A stretch of 55,944 nt of DNA from a virus. Lineage: Duplodnaviria; Caudoviricetes. Below, piece by piece: positions 52,058 through 55,944 of the stretch (positions within the stretch are counted from its first letter, which is position 1; each line of letters begins with the position of its first letter). The stretch lies in IMG/VR virus record IMGVR_UViG_3300044476_000120, positions 1 through 55,944 of that record; one strand, written 5' to 3'. The notes beneath the pieces are model-generated. The model saw only the letters and a list, made by a program, of their open reading frames with translations, searched no databases and was not told the DNA's origin. The translations under genes and the position numbers were made by a program.

Positions 52058-54769
52058 TCAGATTCCGATGTATGCGATCTTCTGCACAGACTGCGTGAGC
52101 GACTCCGAGGCGGGCTCCGGCGTGGGGTTGTAGACGTTCAACTCTACGTTCACGTCCCTCTCGCTGCGGGGAGCCGGAACGGCTGCCTGGGGAACCGGAG
52201 CCGGGCTGGGTAGTGCCAGATTCTTGGTGAAGTCGTTCCCGCCGCGAGGGGCGTTGGCGAGAGACGGGACCGAGACGACAGCCTCGACCGCCTGCTGCAT
52301 CGGAGCCTGCATCTGAAGCACTCCGTCAACCACCATCTCCACGATCTTCTTGCCGGCGTAGCCCTGGTTGAGGACCATCAGCGGGCCCTCCTTCACGGGC
52401 GACCCGGGGAGGAACCTCGCGACCGCTCCTGTCACGGACTTGATGGCGCCCGTGACCTTCCCGATCATCGCGGTGATCCCGTTGATCAGGCCCTGGATGA
52501 TCTGCTTGCCGGCGTTGAAGAGCCAGGTCCCCGCTCCGGAGAAGAACGACACGACCCGGTCCTTGAGTCCGCGGACGATGGCCACCGCCGCGTCCACGGC
52601 GGTCTTCACCGCAGCCTTGATGGCGTTCCAGGCGGCAGACGTGACAGCCTTGAGGGCGTTCCAGGCCCCAGAAACGGCCGAGGAGATTGCGCTCAGCGCA
52701 CCCCTCACGATACCACTGATCGCGCTCCAGACGGCCTGGATGACGGCCCTGACGGCGTTCCAGACGGCGCTGGTCACCGCCTTGATGACGTTGAAGTACG
52801 CAGTGACGACCGCAGAGATGGCCGACAGCGTTGTGGAGATGATGGACTTGATGAAGTTCCAGACGGCGGAGACCACCGTCGTCAGCCCGTTCCAGAAGGC
52901 TCCCCACACGGCCTGGAGCGCGCCGATGTAGAGCAGGAAGACTCCCTTGATGACCGTCCAGGCCAGCGTGATGACGGACTTGACAAGTTCCCACGCAGCC
53001 GTGACGATGCCACCGAACAGGCTCCAGAACCCATCCCAGACGGCCTTGATCGCGCCCACCACGGCGGTGAAGATCGCCCGGTAGACGTTGAAGTACGCCT
53101 GGATGATCGACCCCACGAACGACAGCGCGGCGCTCACCGCGGACTTGATCGCCTCCCAGGCTGCAGAGAATGCCCCGCTGATGGCCGCCCAGGCGGACGA
53201 GAAGATCTCCTTGATGGCACTCCAGGCCGAGGAGAACCACTCCCCGAGAGACGCCATCCCGCTCTTGATCCCATCCCAGACCCCGGAGAAGAACGCGGGC
53301 AGACCCTTGAACCAGTCCACGACTGCCATGACCGCAGCCTTGACGGCCTCCCACGCACCCTTGACGATGTCCCGGAAGGTCTCGCTCTTCTTCCATAGGA
53401 GGACGATGATCGCGATGACGACTGCGATGGCCGCGATGATCAGGGCCACCGGGCCCAGCGCTGCGATCCAGGTCGAGATGAAGGCCAGTCGGGTCCCAGC
53501 GAGCGCCAGTTGGACGGCCTTCTGGATCTGGATGAACTTGATGATCATCGCCAGGACGAGGAGTCCGGCGGACGCGATCACCGCGAATGCCACGGCCAAC
53601 TTCTGGATCGGTCCGGGCAGGTTCAGGAAGGTGTTCAGGGCCCCGGTGAAGGCGTCCACGATCTTCCGGATGAACGGGACCAGAACCGTACCGAGCACGA
53701 TGCCGAGCGTCTCGGCCGAGCCCTTCAACTGCTCGATGGACCCGGCCAGGTTGTCCATCTTCTTGGCAGCAACCTCCTCGGCGCTGACCTCCCCAATGGC
53801 CGCACCCAGATCCTTGAAGCCCTTCTCCCCGACCCCAGCCAGCGCGATGGCGCCGGTCATGGCCCGGGCCCCGAAGATGGTGGCGAGCGCTGACGACTTC
53901 TGCTCGTCCGACAGCCCGTTCAGTGACTCCGCCAGGACGCCAGAGATCTCGGCCAGCGACCGGGTGTTCCCCTGGGCGTCGAAGAAACGGTTGCTGCCGT
54001 CCTCCGTGATGATGCCGAGCCGCTCCATCTCGTTGGCTGCGGCGTTCGATGCCGGGTTCAGGTTCTGGAGCATCCCCCGGAGTGTCGTGCCGGCCATCGA
54101 GCCGGTGATGCCCGCGTTGGCCAGCGCGGTGATGCCAGTGGTCGTGTCCTCGATGCTCACGCCCGTCGCGGCTGCCATCGGAGCCACGTACTTGAACGCC
54201 TCTCCGATGCCCTGGACGTCCGTCGCGGACAGGTTCGCCGCCCCGGCCAGCAGGTCCGAGACGTGGGCCATGTCCTTGGCCTGGATCGAGAAGTTGTTCA
54301 TGGCGGACGCCGCGATGGCAGCCGCGTTCGGCATGTCGATCGAGCCTGCCGCTGCCAGCGCGACCGTGGCGTCCGCCGCACCGTTGAGGACGTCTCCAGT
54401 GGTGAGACCGGCCTTGACCAACTCCTCCATCGCCTGGGCGGACTCCCCCGCGCTGAACGCGGTGTCCTTGCCAAGTTGGAGAGCCTTCTGGCTCAGCAGG
54501 TCGAGTTCCTTGCCAGACGCCCCGGAAGCGGCAGCCACGTTCGACATGCTCTGCTCGAAGTCGGTGGCGGTCTTGACAGCGAACCCGAGCCCGGCCGCGA
54601 TGACGCCGCCAGCGATGGCGGAATACTTCCCGGCCTTCTTGAGGTTCTCAGTGGACCTGTCGGCGGAGTCTCCGGTGGCCTTGAGATCATCCCGGGCCTG
54701 CTTGGCCCCGTCACCCTTGTACTCGAGTTCGATGATGCCCTTGGCCGTACCCAGATTGTAGTCAGCCAT
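52058..54769 (-). CDS. Tape measure protein
   Basis: 903 aa; TP901-type core (FEQSMS, GSMAGTTLR) and Trp-spaced helical repeats. Confidence 0.95.
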   Translation of the reverse strand: MADYNLGTAKGIIELEYKGDGAKQARDDLKATGDSADRSTENLKKAGKYSAIAGGVIAAGLGFAVKTATDFEQSMSNVAAASGASGKELDLLSQKALQLGKDTAFSAGESAQAMEELVKAGLTTGDVLNGAADATVALAAAGSIDMPNAAAIAASAMNNFSIQAKDMAHVSDLLAGAANLSATDVQGIGEAFKYVAPMAAATGVSIEDTTTGITALANAGITGSMAGTTLRGMLQNLNPASNAAANEMERLGIITEDGSNRFFDAQGNTRSLAEISGVLAESLNGLSDEQKSSALATIFGARAMTGAIALAGVGEKGFKDLGAAIGEVSAEEVAAKKMDNLAGSIEQLKGSAETLGIVLGTVLVPFIRKIVDAFTGALNTFLNLPGPIQKLAVAFAVIASAGLLVLAMIIKFIQIQKAVQLALAGTRLAFISTWIAALGPVALIIAAIAVVIAIIVLLWKKSETFRDIVKGAWEAVKAAVMAVVDWFKGLPAFFSGVWDGIKSGMASLGEWFSSAWSAIKEIFSSAWAAISGAFSAAWEAIKSAVSAALSFVGSIIQAYFNVYRAIFTAVVGAIKAVWDGFWSLFGGIVTAAWELVKSVITLAWTVIKGVFLLYIGALQAVWGAFWNGLTTVVSAVWNFIKSIISTTLSAISAVVTAYFNVIKAVTSAVWNAVRAVIQAVWSAISGIVRGALSAISSAVSGAWNALKAVTSAAWNAIKAAVKTAVDAAVAIVRGLKDRVVSFFSGAGTWLFNAGKQIIQGLINGITAMIGKVTGAIKSVTGAVARFLPGSPVKEGPLMVLNQGYAGKKIVEMVVDGVLQMQAPMQQAVEAVVSVPSLANAPRGGNDFTKNLALPSPAPVPQAAVPAPRSERDVNVELNVYNPTPEPASESLTQSVQKIAYIGI

Positions 54770-54799
54770 GGCGCTGGATCACCGTCTCCTTCGTGGGTG

Positions 54800-55114
54800 T
54801 TAGAGGCTTACCGGGCCGGACGATCCGGAAGAAGTCTCGGCTGATGCGAGAGGGTCCTTGAACCGGCGCGGCTGGTCCGGGTCGGACAGCCAGCGGTCGA
54901 GAACCATCTGCTGCTTCTGCTGGGCCTTGGCCTTGGTCTTGGCCCCGTCGGCTGCCTCCCGCAGTTCATACTCGAGGTGGCTCCCGAACAGGAAGACGGC
55001 CCGGTCGAAGCACCACGCCTCGACGTCGTCCCGCAGCCCGTAGATCTCACTCGGCCTCGTCCGGTACGCCTTTGAGAGTTTCCACGCCTCCCAGAGATTC
55101 GTCGAGTCCTGCAC
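54800..55114 (-). CDS. Tail assembly chaperone, second ORF
   Basis: LWEAW.LS....RPSEIYG...AWCFDRAV..FG; GTG at 55114 or reached by +1 frameshift. Confidence 0.7.
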   Translation of the reverse strand: MQDSTNLWEAWKLSKAYRTRPSEIYGLRDDVEAWCFDRAVFLFGSHLEYELREAADGAKTKAKAQQKQQMVLDRWLSDPDQPRRFKDPLASAETSSGSSGPVSL

Positions 55115-55616
55115 GAAACGTCTCCAGGTCGCGGGTCCCACCCACGACGTAGTTGAAGATGAACATCTTGTCCTCGATGCCCACCATGTCGGCGTAGACC
55201 TGCCCGGGCTGGCGTCGGGTCTCGTCGTCTGGGGTCAGGTGGATCTCCGGCTTGACGACGCAGAACACCAAGACCTTGTCGACGGCGCGCATGATGTCCG
55301 CCAGGGCCTCCTCGTCCCCGAGCAGCGTCTGCACGTTGATCTTGGGGGACTTGCCCTTGGCGGTCTTCTTGAGGTGCTTCTGGTCCACGATCGCGCTGAG
55401 CGTGTCGAGGTTCTTGAGCACCCCGGCCTTGAGGAGTCCCTCGAGGCCGGGACGGCGGACCAGGCAGATCTGACCGGACGGGACTGTCAGGTCCTCGAGG
55501 CCACCCGAGCCGGACGAGAGCCAGGTGTTCGGGGCGTACTTCGAGTCCGGGGGTTCCGGCGCGCTGACCTGCTGGGCGGTGGGCATCTTCGTGGTCTTGC
55601 GGGGTGTGGACGGCAT
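55047..55616 (-). CDS. Tail assembly chaperone
   Basis: VPSGQ.CLVRR, EDKMFIF; between major tail and tape measure. Confidence 0.8.
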   Translation of the reverse strand: MPSTPRKTTKMPTAQQVSAPEPPDSKYAPNTWLSSGSGGLEDLTVPSGQICLVRRPGLEGLLKAGVLKNLDTLSAIVDQKHLKKTAKGKSPKINVQTLLGDEEALADIMRAVDKVLVFCVVKPEIHLTPDDETRRQPGQVYADMVGIEDKMFIFNYVVGGTRDLETFRAGLDESLGGVETLKGVPDEAE

Positions 55617-55657
55617 CCTGGTGCTCCTAGTGTCCGTGTACCGATGGGTTGGGTGGA

Positions 55658-55944
55658 TCAGACGATCGCGGTGGCGGTCTCGTTCTGGACGAACATGTAG
55701 AGGGTGTCCTCTTCGCCCGTCTTGTTGGATCCGAGTGCGACGCCAGACCCCGACGTGAGGAAGAACTCGCCATCGGCGAACTCGCCCTCGATGTTGCCGG
55801 TCACGCGGCAGCGGGGGAGGATGCAGTGCACGTCGCCGCCTGAGTCCGAGATGACCTGGCCCTCCACCTTGAAGAACGGACGGGCGTCCGTGGTCTTCTT
55901 GGTGAAGGTCTTCTTCTGGTTGGGGGTGGTGCCGGTCTCCGCGA
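55658..55944 (-). CDS. Major tail protein, 3' part (continuation of 1-475)
   Basis: In frame across the terminal overlap. Confidence 0.85.
   Translation of the reverse strand, partial: AETGTTPNQKKTFTKKTTDARPFFKVEGQVISDSGGDVHCILPRCRVTGNIEGEFADGEFFLTSGSGVALGSNKTGEEDTLYMFVQNETATAIV
55735..55944. repeat. Terminal direct repeat (copy 2)
   Basis: 210 bp matching 1-210. Confidence 0.95.

Noticed and set aside
5309-54761. Long antisense ORFs in the track (e.g. 5309-6754, 7804-9399, 15424-17034, 23696-25192, 34545-36254, 53088-54761)
   Set aside because: Shadow ORFs opposite real genes, expected at high GC; no motifs or RBS
1-55944. Lysogeny module and tRNA genes
   Set aside because: No integrase, parA or CI-like repressor recognised and no cloverleaf seen; tRNAscan-SE/Aragorn would be needed to exclude tRNAs fully

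Overview
The window is an essentially complete, high-GC tailed phage genome. It is a siphovirus, very probably infecting an actinobacterium. It assembles as a circle of about 55,734 bp: bases 1-210 repeat at 55735-55944 with one synonymous mismatch, and the junction cuts the major tail gene. The minus strand carries the virion genes: terminase, portal, a MuF protein with two ADP-ribosyltransferase domains, scaffold, capsid, connectors, tail, tape measure and holin. An M23 endolysin and a block of early-type genes sit between portal and MuF. The plus strand (about 20.1-43.9 kb) carries the replication genes: VRR-Nuc, SNF2 helicase, primase/VirE, Cas4-like nuclease, SSB and family A polymerase. 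It also carries a complete thymidine-hypermodification cluster (5-hmdU DNA kinase, dUMP hydroxymethylase, amino acid:DNA transferase, PLP enzyme, nucleotide kinase, MazG-like protein) and an orphan SAM-methyltransferase-like gene. No integrase, tRNA or CRISPR array was seen. The most striking non-coding signal is six copies of a ~100-bp cassette (promoter, operator-like inverted repeat, hairpin, RBS), each driving small uncharacterised genes, with a scar of a seventh copy. Two cassette-driven genes are domain-swapped paralogues, one carrying an HTH. Also notable are a two-family iteron array at the strand switch and near-absence of AGCT genome-wide. All functional calls come from motif recognition by eye, not database searches.
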